A DNA stretch of 64,000 nucleotides from the human T2T-CHM13v2.0 reference genome, Homo sapiens, in NCBI RefSeq assembly GCF_009914755.1, contig NC_060942.1. The stretch is one strand, 5' to 3'. A program made the position numbers and the translations under genes. Of this stretch, positions 43,601 through 57,886 are shown piece after piece. The notes beneath the pieces were generated by a model. The model was given only the letters and a program-made list of their open reading frames with translations. It had not been told where the DNA came from and made no database searches. Within the stretch, counting starts at the first letter, position 1, and the number at the start of each line of letters is the position of its first letter.

Positions 43601-45888
43601 AGATATGGCTTTGCTGTGTCCCCATCCAAATCTCATCTTGAATTGTAACTCCCACAATCCCACATGTTGTGGGAGGAACCTGGTGGGAGGTGAATGAATC
43701 ATGGGGGTGGTCTTTCCCGTGCTGTTTTTGTGATAGTGAGTACGTCTCATGAGATCTTATGGTTTTAAAAATGGGGGTTTCCCTGCACAAGTTCTCTTCT
43801 CTTGTCTGCCACCATGTGAGACGTGCCTTTCACCTTCTGCCATGACTGTGAGGTCTCCCAGCCACATGAAACTGTAAGTCCAATAAACCTCTTTCTTTTG
43901 TAAATTGCCCAGTCTCAAGTATGTCTTTATCAGCAGCATGAAAATGGACTAATACAGTAAATTGGTAGTGGGAGTAGGGCACTGCTGAAAAGATACCCAA
44001 AAATGTGGAAGCAACTTTGGAACTGGGTAACAGGCAGAGATTGGAACAGCTTGGAAAGCTCAGAAGAAGACAGGAAAATGCGGGAAAATTTGGAACTCCC
44101 TAGAAACTTGTTAAGTGGCTTTGACCAAAATGCCGATAATGACATGGACAATGAAATCAGGCTGAGGTGGTCTCAGATGGAGATTAGGAACTTCTTGGGA
44201 ACTGGATCAAAGGTGACTCTTGTTATGTTTTAGCAAAGAGACTGGCAGCATTTTGCCCCTTCCCTAGAGATTTGTAGAACTTTGAACTTGAGAGAGATGA
44301 TTTAGGGTATCTGGTGGAAGAAATTTCTAAGCAGCAAAGCATTCGAGAGGTAACTTGGCTGCTCTCAAAGGCATTAAATTTTACATGGGAAACAGAAGAT
44401 AAAAGTCTGGAAAATTTGCAGCCTGACAATTTGATGGAAAAAAAAATCCGATTTTCTGAGGAGAAATTCAAGCCAGCTGCAGAAATTTGCAGAAGTAACA
44501 AGGAGCTGAATGTTAATCCCCAAAGCAATAGGGAAAATGTCTCCAACGCATGCCAGATACCTTTGTGGCAGACCCTCCCATTATAGGCCCATGGGTTTAG
44601 GAGGAAAAAGTGGTTTTGTGGGCTGGGCTCAGGGTCCCTCTATTGTGTGCAGTCTAGGGACTTGGTGCCCTGCATCCCAGCCACTCCAGCCGTGACTAAA
44701 AGAGGCCAAGGTACAGCTCTAGCTGTTGCTCCAGAGGGCAGAAGCCCCAAACCTTGGAAGCTTCTACGTTTTTAAGCCTGCAGGTACACAGAAGTCAAGA
44801 ATTAAGGTTTGGGAACCTTTACCTAGATTTCAGAAAATGTATGGAAATGCCTGGATGCCCTGGCAGAAGTTTGCTGCAGGGGCACGACCCTCGTGGAGAA
44901 CCTCTGCTAGGGCAGTGCAGAAAGGAAATGTGGGGTCTGAGTCTCCACACAGAGTCCCTGCTGGGGCACTGCCTAGTGGAGCTATGAGAAGAGCACCACC
45001 ATCCTCCAGACCCCAGAATGGTATAACCACTGACAGCTTACACCATGCACCTGGAGAAGCCACAAACGCTCAATGCTGCCACTGAAAGCAGCCAGGGAGG
45101 AGACCGTACCCTTCAAAGCCACAGGGGTGGAGCTGCCAAATACCATGGGAGCCCACCTCTTGCATCAGCATGACCTGTATGTGAGACATGGAGTCAAAGG
45201 AGATCATTTTGGAGCTTTAAGATTTGACTGCACCTCTGGATTTCGAACTTGCATGGGGCCTGTAGCCCCTTTGTTTTGGCCAATTGCTCCCATTTGGAAT
45301 GGCTGCATTTACCTAATGCCTGTATCCCTCTTGTATCTAGGAAGTAACTAACTTGCTTTTGATTTTACAGGCTTACAGGTGGAAGGGACTTGCCTTGTCT
45401 CAGATGAGACTTTGGACTGTGGACTTTTGAGTTAATGCTGACATGAGTTAAGACTTTGGAGGGCTGTTGGGAAGGCATACTTGGTTTTGAAATGTGAGAA
45501 CATGAGATTTTTGAGGGGCCGGGGGTGAAATGGTGTGGTTTGGCTATGTCACCACCCAAATCTCATCTTGAATTTTAACTCCCACAATTCCCACATGTTA
45601 TGGGAGGAACCTGGTGGGAGGTGACTGAATCATGGGGGCAGGTCTTTCCTGTGCTGTACTCATGATAGTGAGTGGGTCTCAAGTGACCTGACGGTTTTAA
45701 AAATGGGAGTTTACCTGCACAAGCTCTCTTCTCTTGTTGACCATCATGAGATATGTGCCTTTCACCTTCCACCATGATTGTGAGGCCTTCTAGTGACTTG
45801 GAACTGTAAGTCCAATAAACCTCTTTCTTTTGTAAATTGCCCAGTCTCAAGTATATCTTTACCAGCAGCATGAAAACAGACTAATACA
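43601..45888 (+). mobile_element. Complete THE1A MaLR: 5'LTR 43601-43956, internal 43957-45530, 3'LTR 45531-45888
   Basis: Two ~356-bp direct LTRs ending gactaataca; THE1A-type ctgtaagtccaataaacctctttcttttgtaaattgccc; THE1-int ORF remnants (WKQLWNWVTGRDWNSLE). Confidence 0.93.
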
Positions 45889-46329
45889 CAATTGCATTAG
45901 CCTCTAATTGTGCCTGGCTTTCTAGATGTCCTCAGAGGCAGCACTTGATGCAATGGAGTAGGACTCATTGCTCTGTATATACTGCCTTCTTCGCCTTCTT
46001 CTGGAGGTCCAGTGCATCGCCATTGCTGTCTTCAAATATTTGTGAGTACCACGCTTACAGGGCATCATAGCCATGATGAAGGAAAACAACAGACAGGATT
46101 TAGGTTCCCTCTGGAAAGTACTTCCCATTTATGGCAAGACTCACAAATGTAGGGGTGTTTCCAACTCTACAAAAATATTTAGAATTTCCTTAAATAAAGT
46201 GTCTATCTGGAGTCTTTGGCATATATATAACAAGACTGGCAATATACTGAGAATTTGAAATTAAGTGATAGGCATATTGGGACTCATTATACTATTCTTT
46301 TTTTTTTGGTGGTGAAATTTTCCAGTTTT

Positions 46330-47060
46330 AACATCTTCACATGTGGTATTTAATTTACACACCATACCATTTTCCCATTTAAAGTTACACAACCATCACC
46401 ACATTAATTTTCTAACATTTTGTCACCCCTAAAAGAAATTCTCTAGCATTCACCTCTCATCTTCCAGTCCCTCCCTCAACCCATCAGAGGCAATCTCTCA
46501 TCTACTTTCTGTCTTTGTATATTTGCCTATTATGTACATTTTACATAAATGGAATTATACACTATGTGGTCTTTCATGAGTGGCTTTCAGATGAGATAAT
46601 TTTTCAAGGTTCATCCATATTGTAGAATGTATCAGTACTTCATTCCTTTTGATGGCTAAATTAATATTCCATTGTATGGATATACTACATTTTGTTTACC
46701 CATTCATCAGATAGTGGGCATTTGGACTGTTTTCACTTTTTCTGGCTATTGTGTGAATAATGCTGCTATGAACATTTGTAAATAAGTTTATATGTAGATA
46801 TATGTTTTCAGTTACCTTAGGTATATACTTTGGGAAGGAACTGCTGGGTCATACTTAATTCTATTTTTAACCTTTTGAGGAACTGCTAAACTATTTTTCA
46901 AAGAGGCAACATCAATTTACATTCCCACAAGCCACTTTTACGTTCCCACCAGCCAGTTGTGTGAAGATTCCATTTTTTTCACATCCTTGCCAATATTGTT
47001 ATTATGTGTTTTTAATCACAATCATCATAGTGGTTGTACAGTGGTATTTCTTACTATCCT
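46330..47060 (-). mobile_element. L1M (L1MB-like) 3' region
   Basis: tctactttctgtctttgtatatttgcctatt...aatgctgctatgaacatt...acatccttgccaata; 21-bp internal tandem duplication 46916-46955. Confidence 0.85.
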
Positions 47061-50000
47061 AATTTGGTATCTGCTTAAAACTTTTCTAACAAAGAACTTT
47101 TAAAAATTATAAATATTAAATTCTCTGAGTTTGTTTAAACAGTCATTTGCAGAAACATTTTATTGATAACAAAAGAGACTATTAAAAAAGTAGCCACTGC
47201 CTCAATCCATATTTTGAGGTCACTGATTCTTAAAACGTTATATTGGTATAGGATAGAACTGGAGAGGATTTTTTTTAAGTTTAGAAGATTTATTGGTTCT
47301 TTGAGCATGTACGCAATCCTAATATGCTGTAAGCCCTCTCTTGCAATACCGTCATGTAAACACGCATCATCTGCATACAGGATGTTTTGTCACTATTGCC
47401 TGATTTTAAGGTATATTAGTTAAAAATTGACTTTCTCTTTTAGAAAAACTGTGTTTGGAGCAATTATTTAGATTCTTATTGTGCATAAAAAAGTAATTCA
47501 AGGTCTCTTTTTGACAATGACTATTGACTAGTCTGACATATTCTTGATTAAAGGATCAACAAACCTTTTCATTTCTAGAACATGAATATTTATTAAAGCA
47601 GATTAGAAATTTTATCTATTGTTACCTAGGAACTTTTTCCTAATAACTATTGTTCTGATGGACAATGGCATATTCTGAACTACTTCCTGGTCTCCCAGGA
47701 AAATGGCAAGTTAGTTACATTAGAATGATCACTGGGCGGTTTCTTTCCATGTTGCATAATTGAGGGAAAATCTGTTAACATTGCTTGAAATAAAAATCTT
47801 TTAAAATATTTTATTAATTGGCTTTAATCTCAATTTTAATAGAGTAATTATTTTGGAATAGTTTTATTCTTTTCCTTGTAATCTAATGGCTTTTGTGCAG
47901 ATATAATTTTAAGTAGTCAGCCCTAATGCAATCAGTAATTAAAATTATAGCCAACTACAGGTGCTGCTAATTGTTAATCAATTAGATGCAGAACGATTAC
48001 ATATCTAATTGAAATACTGATTGAAGTGTTGATAGTTACCCATACTTTTTTCAAAAGTAAACTACTTCTAACTGTTCTTAAGTTGGAATAAGTTGGGAAT
48101 ATTTTCTCAACTACTCTCTCACTCATTAACTTATCTGAACTTTAGTGGAGAATAGACTTGCTCTTTCTGCATGTATAAATAAAATTGGTACAGTAGATCA
48201 GAATTGACCTGACTGGCTGTTGAATGAGTCTGTGATTTTTAATTGGTTTATGTGCATATTAACAGGCCACATTCTGCAGATGGTTGTGTGGGTTCTGAGT
48301 ATCTGGATTTGGCAAATACTAGGACCATTATATAGGAATGTTATAGTCATTAAACACTGATAGAATCCTTGATTTGCCAGGAGGCTGCAGTGGGTATCAC
48401 TGTCAACCTGCTGATCAGCCTTTACAGACATTAATTAGTTCACATATTTATAACAATTTAGTGGTAAGAATATCTGCATGACAAAAAAAAGATTTGATAT
48501 TTATTCCTTTTGAAAAATAATTGTTGAAATTCGCAATATAGGCTCAAGTTTAGAAAGGAACATTTTACCTATACCATCGTAACTGAAAACTATTTTGCAG
48601 TTTCTAAGCATGGAATCACACGAATAGGAGACAGCAATAGTAAGCAAAGACTGGGTAATATTATTTGTGTTTCATGATTGATCAAATCATAATCATTCTA
48701 ATTTAGAGGCATAAATTCTCTACGAAGCCAGAATTTATTTTCTCAAAAGGGGACTATAGTATGGTGTGTCTATTTATCTTAGTAGATTTAAGTAAACCTG
48801 ATTTACCAAGAGCATTATATAATCTTTCACTGGAAAGAATCAATCATGTTCTTCAAGGAAAGAGTTTGAGTTGAATATGCCTGTTTCAGCACCATGCCTG
48901 GAGTGTAGCAAGCATTTGGGATGTTTATTGAACAAATATTAATAAAGTGACTAATGTAAATTATAGTGAGATTTTCTGCAGACATTAATAAAAAAAGATC
49001 ATTAACAATCCAAAAAGAGTGTTTTTTTATTTTTTAAAACCAGCCATGTAATTTTGAGACTGCTGAGATCTCTTGATTGTGCATCTGACGTGATGCTTCA
49101 GATGTAACATCTCTTCTGTCAGCTGCCAAAAGTCACCTATTAAGCCAAGTAAAAACTTCCAAGTATAGACTGGGATAAAGGAAAGAAATTTAGGAGAAAA
49201 CTACTTCAAAAATTTTCCTAAAAATTTTCTCTTTTTCAGAAAATGGGAATGGATTTTAGATTTGTGTGCTTGAGGAGAGGGAATGAAAATCTGAGCAAAT
49301 ACCATTTTGATTCAAAGCAATAGAAATGAAAAACACAAGGACAGGTGTTTTATCATTCTGTTTGGTTGCATGGTATGCTATTTGTGAAAGCATTGTATAT
49401 GACACTATTTTTAATCCAGCAATTCTATTGTCACCTGAACATTTATGGTTTGGATGTAAAGTGTAACTAGTAAATCATACTATTGGTCTATCATCTGGCA
49501 TTACCTGAAGATCGAAGAGAGAGAACAATTCCATTTATCTCATCCCTGGTAGGAATATTTGTTAGGATGCCTGAAGTCTTCATTTCCAACAGGAGAAAGC
49601 CACAAAACACTTGTGGTTCTGAAAGCAGCCTGCTGTTAACATGAGTTATGTGAATCTGATCTATAATCTTACCTGACATTTGGAACTCAAATATTTTCCT
49701 TATTTCTCCAAAACAATTAAAATATTTAGTCTCACTTCATTTTATGAGACATAAATAGCTATATAAGTACTCTGTAATTACTGTACATTGTAACAAATGA
49801 CCTCATAAATACATTGTAATGTCCCATGTAATTACATGGTACATCGTGTCTTTGAGATGGCTGCTCTGAGATTGAAAGCCTGCTGGTTTCAGAGATTAAT
49901 TACTTAGGGCCTAATTTGACAGTTTGCTTGAAGATAGGCCGCTGTTAATAGCCACTTCTGTGGTTTCATAAAAAAAAAACTGTTTCTTCACAAGATCTTA

Positions 50001-50214
50001 TTTCCTTATTTACTATAGACCCAGCTGTACATGTTTATCCCTGAATATTGGCCATACCTAAATTTTTCTGTATATAAAAGCAAAAAAGTGAAAAGGGCAT
50101 GGTTCTGTACAGGAAGAAGTTGATTTGCAATTATATTTCTCCCATCAAACACTATGACTTATTTTATGACAATAATTTTAAAAGTTCTGGTTTATTAATT
50201 TAAAAAAATGTTGG

Positions 50215-50546
<332 letters not shown>

Positions 50547-51679
50547 TCATTTTTTTCTCTGATTAAGCGTTATACAGCCTATAAACTAATATTTCATTTT
50601 GTAAGAGCCCAAATTCGTTTGTCACAATTATTTTATCATGAGGGCATTATTATAATACCTTGCGATCTCAGTGGTTATTCTTGATAAATGCATCTTATCC
50701 TATAGTTGCCGTTTTTATATGGCATGAATCGTATTTAAACCTTCTTTCTCTTTGACTCAGGTTGCTTAAATATCTGGTGAAATAAACTTTTCTCAAGTTG
50801 TACTACTCACCTTACTGCTCAAATTCTATCTAGTTTCCATGTTCCAAAACACAAAGGAAATAAGAAATAAGTGAACACTGTATTTTCTGCCTTAAATTAT
50901 ATACTGGCCCTATTTTCTTGTGCCTTTCTAGGGTGTAATTTTACATATAACTCCCCTGATGTATTTCTATTCCAGCTTTCTTAGGTCTAGTTCCTACATC
51001 AAATATATTATATTGCTTTTAGTAGTTTTATTTAGTACAAACGAATAGTCTGAGAAAGGACCTAGTGATCTGAAAGAGTTAATAAGCCCTTCTAAACATC
51101 CAGCTTACTTCCAAGGAATGATTTAGGCACTGGAGAATTAAGTCTATTGATACTGACAAATTCCAAAATGTATTAATCGTAAACTCACTTTATCATAAAC
51201 TCTAGGGAACAACCAAATTGCTTTATTGTAATGGAATTTTGTCAAAACGTGAATACCTCCTAGAAATTACATTTCCAGTTTCTAGGACCTAGAAGAAACA
51301 AGCCTGGCTACTAGGCTATGCATAGAAAATTATCAGATGTAAAAAATGCTATTTTAAATCCAGGAGCTTAAAAAAAGAAGATGCTAGGTACACACCAAAC
51401 TCACTGCTTTCTTTTCATGTCTTTTTATTCTTTGAGCTCCACCCCCCCCCCTTTTTTCCTGTAAGCTGGGCTATACTCTGACATTTGGGGATCATTTTCT
51501 TAGTCAGTTTAGGAATATTGGGTTGGTTTTGCTTAGTTAGCCAAGAAAGCCCAGCGGGCAGGAAGGATTAATTGATTTTTCTTTATTTTTCTTCCCATAA
51601 TAGAAACCATATATGGTTACATATCTGAGAAGCAACTCGAATAGAGCTGTGGTAATCAGTGGAAAAAGTGATGTTTCTA

Positions 51680-52053
<374 letters not shown>

Positions 52054-52603
52054 ATCTTTGCACAATGCTGAATTGTCTTTGAGAAGCAAAAGAACATTTC
52101 TCAGAGATTTGTAATCTAATTGTTGCAATCAGATTAAGTATTTATGAAGGTAATTCAGTCACAACCAGAATCACTCCATTTATTTATTTTTATGTCTGTG
52201 AAACCCAATCATGTGAGGCCAAAGTGACTTGATTACTTAATTCTTTGAAAACTTGCTTCAGTTTTTAATGTCATTTTGTGTTTCAAAACAGTTATCCATA
52301 CTACTCCTACTGCAAATCATGACAATCGTGACATGGGAAAACTAAAATAAGAGCAAAACTTTGTATTTTGTAGTGTTTTCAATTTTCTAAGCCCTTTCTC
52401 ATCGATCACCTCTCAATAACTAGGGAGAGATAATGTTGTAATACATACAATTGATGCTGCTATATAAATAATTTCTACTGTCACTTAGCAAATTAATGAA
52501 AAGCTGAGAGTAGAACAATATGCATCCATGTTCATACAGTCCGTGAATACCTTTTATGTGCAGAACACTATTCTGCCTTTCTCTAAATGATTCAGAAATG
52601 CAC

Positions 52604-52640
52604 ACTACACTTGATCTTAGCCAAAAAGTCAAGAAGCAAT
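52604..52640 (-). pseudogene. U2 snRNA 5' fragment (nt ~1-37), tailless retropseudogene
   Basis: Reverse complement attgcttcttgactttttggctaagatcaagtgtagt vs U2 ATCGCTTCTCGGCCTTTTGGCTAAGATCAAGTGTAGT; TSD agaaatgcac/aggaatgcag. Confidence 0.9.
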
Positions 52641-52798
52641 AGGAATGCAGCTAGATAGAACATCTAATAAGATTTTCTAAGCACCACACCTGGTATAAAA
52701 ATTAAGAAGACCTCCAACATGTTTCTGTACATCTGTGCCTAGGATCTGAGATTCATTTAACATTTGGAGTTAAATTTTTAAATAGATTACTAGCGTTT

Positions 52799-53005
52799 TT
52801 TAAATTTTTATTTTAGTTTCAGGGGTACATGTACAGGTTTGTTATATAGGTAAACTTGTGTCATAGGGGCTTGTTGTACAGATTATTTTGTCACCCAGGT
52901 ACTAAGCCTAGTACTCAATAGTTAATTTTTCTGTTCCTCTCCCTCCTCGCACCCTATACCTTCAAGTAGGCCCTGGTGTCTTTTGCCTCCCTTTTTGTGT
53001 CCAAG
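52799..53005 (-). mobile_element. Short L1PA (PA13-16-like) 3' end
   Basis: ttcaggggtacatgtacaggtttgttatataggtaaac; TSD gattactagcgttt (52785-52798) / gatcactagtgttt (53006-53019). Confidence 0.88.
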
Positions 53006-55129
53006 GATCACTAGTGTTTATGGTCCAGAATTAGCATGCCAGTTTGGGGCTACAGTTGAATTAACCTCATCACTAGAGAGATGTCTGCAGGCTACTCTCA
53101 GCTGTTGTCCACTTTTCTCCTGATAGAGCTCCGAGCTTCATATTTAAATAACTCAAGAAGTAGTTTTTTATATATTACTTTGGAAGTGTGCAAAATACTA
53201 GCCTACCAGACTCTCAAATTATTAGTCTCCACTGGGCTTCCTGTGTCTCTGTGAACAGTCATAGATTGGGGACCTCACAATGAAGGTTTGGAAACCTATT
53301 TGACCCTAATTTACTGGTTCAAGTCTCCTGTGCTCCTACAATGAAGCGGGTTGGGTAAGTTATTAGTTTCTCCTTTTTTTTCCTTAGAATTGTGAAGTTT
53401 GAGTTGTAAGAATTAGATTAAAGCAGAGAAAAGTGGTGGCATGTCAATTTCCCAAAATCAATTTAAATTTAGCTCAGTTTGGCTAAAAAATATAAAAATG
53501 GAACATATAAGAAGTGGAGCATAATTCGGATAACATTTCTTACTGGTGTAAATGATTTTTTAAAAAATAACCCTAACTGTGTTGATTGTATACACTTGAA
53601 AAAGATCTTGGGGATGAACAGGCATGGAGTTCAGAGCCAGTGGCAGGAGGGCTGTGCCCTAAACCAGAAGAAGTGAGGTGATGAAGGCTGTCATTCAAAA
53701 AGACAGTATCCAGAGAAGTGGAGTGGTAGAAAGCAGTTATGCCTGATAGGGGAGTCAAAAAGACTGAAGAGACATTTCTGGTTGTGAATCAGAAGGCTAG
53801 TAGGTTTTGCTGGTTCAGAGCGCTAAATCAGGTAACATGCCTAAGTTCAGAAAGGGTGGGTGTATTTTGGAAGGGAAGTCTGCCAGCCTCTGATTAGAGT
53901 CTCAGAGAAGACAGTCATCGCTGGAGGACTCAGCCTTGCATGTCTTGGAGGGACCTGGCAGATTAACAAAATGAAGGGGGACTCACCCGGAAACAAGGCA
54001 GTGTCCCCACCAGAGAAATACTGTTACAAGAGCTGGGACCCAAATCAAAGTAGATGATTTGATTTGAAGTTGAACAATCTGAGAAATTGTCCCAGGTTGG
54101 CTTACGTTTTTACATAACCAGGGAAAGGATTCTCCCAGAGTAGGTAAAGGAGAGCTTAATCTCTAGGTAAGAGTTCCACTGGCACTTTTACGAGAACCAG
54201 GGGCCAGCAGGGCAAAGATAAAGATTAGATTGTTTTACAACTATATAAATGTATTGATGAAGAAATGTTTGTATCATTTTCAAGCTGTTAAATAAAATCA
54301 CAACAGCTTAGCCTTTATTTTTTTTAACAAAGTAACATTTCTTGCTTCAATTTAAGACATCTCCATAAAATTTTATTTAAAATCAAATATTACCCAACGT
54401 GTACTTAAACATACTTTATTACTGCACAAATATTTACTTCAAACTTTGCATAGTAATGTCAGAGTTTTCCCTCTGGAAATGTATCATACTGATACATTTT
54501 GTCTAACAGTTGTCTACATGAAATTACGGATCTCAACTTTAGTATTCTACCCAAATTTCTAACTTCCCTTAATACAAGAAATTATATATTTATTAATGCT
54601 AAACTTAAAAATATGTCAAATCAACAAAAATAGCATATAAGAGTAGGAAAAAATATGGGCCTTTATTATATCATATTGATATTTTATCAAATCCATGCTG
54701 GGTTGGTAAAATAAGTTTATAGATTTACATAGTTTATAAAAAGACAAAATTGTTAATGAAAATTGTTTACAAATACACATAATAGAATTTTTTCATAGAT
54801 ATTTATGTTCTAGCTTGAAATTCAGTTAGATGTTTTCAGGATCTATAGAAATATTTACCAAGTATTTAGATAGATACTGTAAGTTAAACATTAAATGTTG
54901 CTATTTTGTAATTTTGAGATTATGAGTATAACATTTGTTCTGAATGATGAAATTTGAAAACTGCCCTTTCCAACATTAAACAGAATGAATCCATATGGGT
55001 AATCTTTGTTTCTATATCCTCTGAGTGTTTCCATTTGTTGGATATCTGGTAGGTAAGTCCAGTGTTTTGTTTTTTCTTTTGGAAAGTGGATTATTTTTCA
55101 GAAAACCTTATCCATGTAAATGCATTATT

Positions 55130-55375
55130 ATCTACCGTGTTGCCTATGTCAGAAACCTGTCATTCTTGATGACTTGTCCTCCTTTGCATTTGACATTCAA
55201 TAATTCACCAAATCCTGTCAAGTCTACCTCCAAAAATATATATGGGATTTTTTATTTTGCTGTATCCCAAGGTTTCTTCACTACCCATGCCCGGAGGTTC
55301 TATTTGGTACAGTAAGAAATGTGAATGGTACCCTGCACAGAGGAAGTTTCTCAATAAGTATTCATAGAATAGAAG
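55130..55375 (+). mobile_element. L2 3' remnant
   Basis: caccaaatcctgtcaagtctacctccaaaatata...ctcaataagtattcatagaat. Confidence 0.6.
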
Positions 55376-55664
55376 TTACAAAAGTGTTGCTAGACAATTT
55401 CTCTCTCTCAGTGCTCCTTTCAGTTCACAGTAGAAACAAATGTTCAATTGTTGGGTCAGTGCACAAATAAGTAGGTCCATATTCTTGGCATTGCTACTGT
55501 ACGTGGTCTTGCTTCCTTCCTTCCTGCTGTTTTCCACTTCTGCTTTTCTTTATTCTTTCTACCTGGCACCCTCACAATCTTTCAGTCTCTCAATCTCTGG
55601 ATCGCTGGACCTCACTGTCACTCTCTCTTTTTCTCTTTCCCTTTTCCTCCCAGTTTCCCTTAAA

Positions 55665-55850
55665 GTAGTTCTGATTTACTACATAAATATTATGTGCCAG
55701 CACTCTGATGGAACTTTCACACGTTCTCATTGTTTCCTTTCATTTGTACCATAATCCTACGAGGGAGGGACTGCTATTAGCTCATACTGCTGATGAGAAA
55801 ACTCAGTCTCTGAAGGCTTATGTTGCAAATTCAGGGTCACACACTGACCA
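55665..55850 (-). mobile_element. MIR SINE
   Basis: tatgtgccagcactctg...ctgatgagaaaactcagtctctga. Confidence 0.7.
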
Positions 55851-57581
55851 GAAAGGTAACTGAGATGGGTGTGAGCAGTGTGAGAGTAGAGGCTGGGGCG
55901 CCAGTTAGCTATGGCAATATTCTGGGCAATAGACAAATCAAGGTCAGAATTAGGGTAGTGTCAGAGGAAATATACATAACTGGGCAGAAAAGGGACTCAG
56001 TGAAAATAAATTCTTTCAAAGTACTGATGGGCACACTTTAATGAAAACCCTCAGGGCCTCATGCATACTGGGAGCATATTTTACTCTGAAAGCAACTTCC
56101 TGTGAGATTCAAGTCACCAGAAGTCCAAAACTGATTTTAAATTAGTTTTCAAGATTCGTAGATTCCTGCTATGTTCCAGCCAAGGCATTCTTACTTGCTG
56201 CAAGGACTTTCAGAGTGCCCTTCATAGCTTTCTATGGGAATTCCATCTAGATAAAACCATCTTTTTTAAAAAAGGCTTTTTGCTAGAGTAACTGACTGTG
56301 TTTGACGAGGATCAAAATGGGTTTGTCTTCACCTGAAGGTCACTCTGGAGAGAGTAAGGCAGAATGTCAGTGTGCAGTAGGAGATGTGGAGTTAAAAATA
56401 TGATAAGTTTATGAAATGTGGCTTCTGAGAAAAATTGGAGTGGTGGGCTTATCAACCTCTTTTTTTCCTGTTTCCTCACTTACTACTCTTGTACGTCTAC
56501 AGTGGAGAAAACAGAAAGCAGTGTTTTAATGGATCCCAGGAAAAGGCTAACACCACATCATTGAATTGGACATGACTATCCCAGGCAGTTTGGAGACTGG
56601 CCAGTGACACCCTTTGTTTTAAATCAATTAACTCTTTTCCATCAGGTTTACTTGGCAAATAAATAATTTTTATGGTGATCAAAGAGGGGATGGAGGAATT
56701 AGAGGAAGCTAAATTTTATAGTTCTTATTTTTTCCCAAATATGAAGAAAACTGAAATTATTCATTGATTCGGATAGAACACTGCAAGTGATAAGGATTAA
56801 TTTCTCCCTCTCAAGTAATAAAAGGACCAAAAGTCAAGTCACAGCTACTAGAACTGATTTTTCAAAAGTCAAAGGTCATGTGTTAAGTACTTTTAATAAA
56901 AATCATTGCCAGGGTTGCCTATGAAAGCTAGGTTGTTTTACAAAAATGTTCCCGTAACAGCAACAGCTTTTGGTGGCTTGCTGAGGGAATGGGAAATGAA
57001 GTCTGAACTACTGGGCAGTGGCAAAATAGGTCTCATATAGAAAATAAGATGCCTTATAACATTAATAAGAAAAGAATGCCTGAATGCTTTCATTTAACTT
57101 CCTAAAACACAATATAATTTGGAGCCTCCAGCTGTATCATCTACTAAAGAACCTAAGAAGAAAGAATCTTTGTAATCTGCTGACGCTTGAAGTCAATGAG
57201 AAAGCACAAAAGATGCTAATAAACTTAGCTGCTACCTACAGATGAGGATGAATAAAACTGATAATAATCACTTCCAAAGATGAATAATAACCATTCAGGG
57301 GGTTTCACTCCTGGTGTGTTGAGTGTATAACTGATTATATTAATTAATTGCTGCTTGGCATCGATATTAAGGTATTGGCTATGTGGGAATAATTTAAGCG
57401 ATCACTGGAAATCCTCAAATGTGATAAAGAAAAATTGTCAAAAACTATTACTTATGTAATCATTAGTATAATTAAGTTCTCCAGGCTTATCAAGTGATTT
57501 ACACTTGGTAGACATACTAAGCACAATTGTTCTCTCTTTTTCAGTATGTACATGGAGATTCAGATCACTTATTAGACTCAT

Positions 57582-57854
57582 AACTGGGGATGGTGGCTCA
57601 CTCCTGTAATCCTAGAACTTTGGGAGGGTGAGCGGGTGGATCCTTTGAGCCTAGGAGTTCAAGACCAATCTGGACAACATGACAAGACCCTGTCTCTACA
57701 AAAAATACAAAAAGTATTTAGCCGGACTATGTGGCTCCTGCCTGTAGTCCCACAGGAGGTGGAAGGATCACTTGAACCTGAGAGGTGTAGGCTGCAGTGA
57801 GCCCTGATTGCACCACTGCACTCCAGCCTGGATGACACAGAGAGACCCTGACTC

Positions 57855-57882
<28 letters not shown>
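57582..57882 (+). mobile_element. AluJ with long pure poly(A)
   Basis: tttgagcctaggagttc, ggctgcagtgagccctgattgcacc; A-run 57855-57882. Confidence 0.92.

Positions 57883-57886
<4 letters not shown>

Noticed and set aside
43930-45351. Cluster of overlapping 60-120 aa ORFs
   Set aside because: THE1 internal-region remnants, broken by stops and frameshifts.
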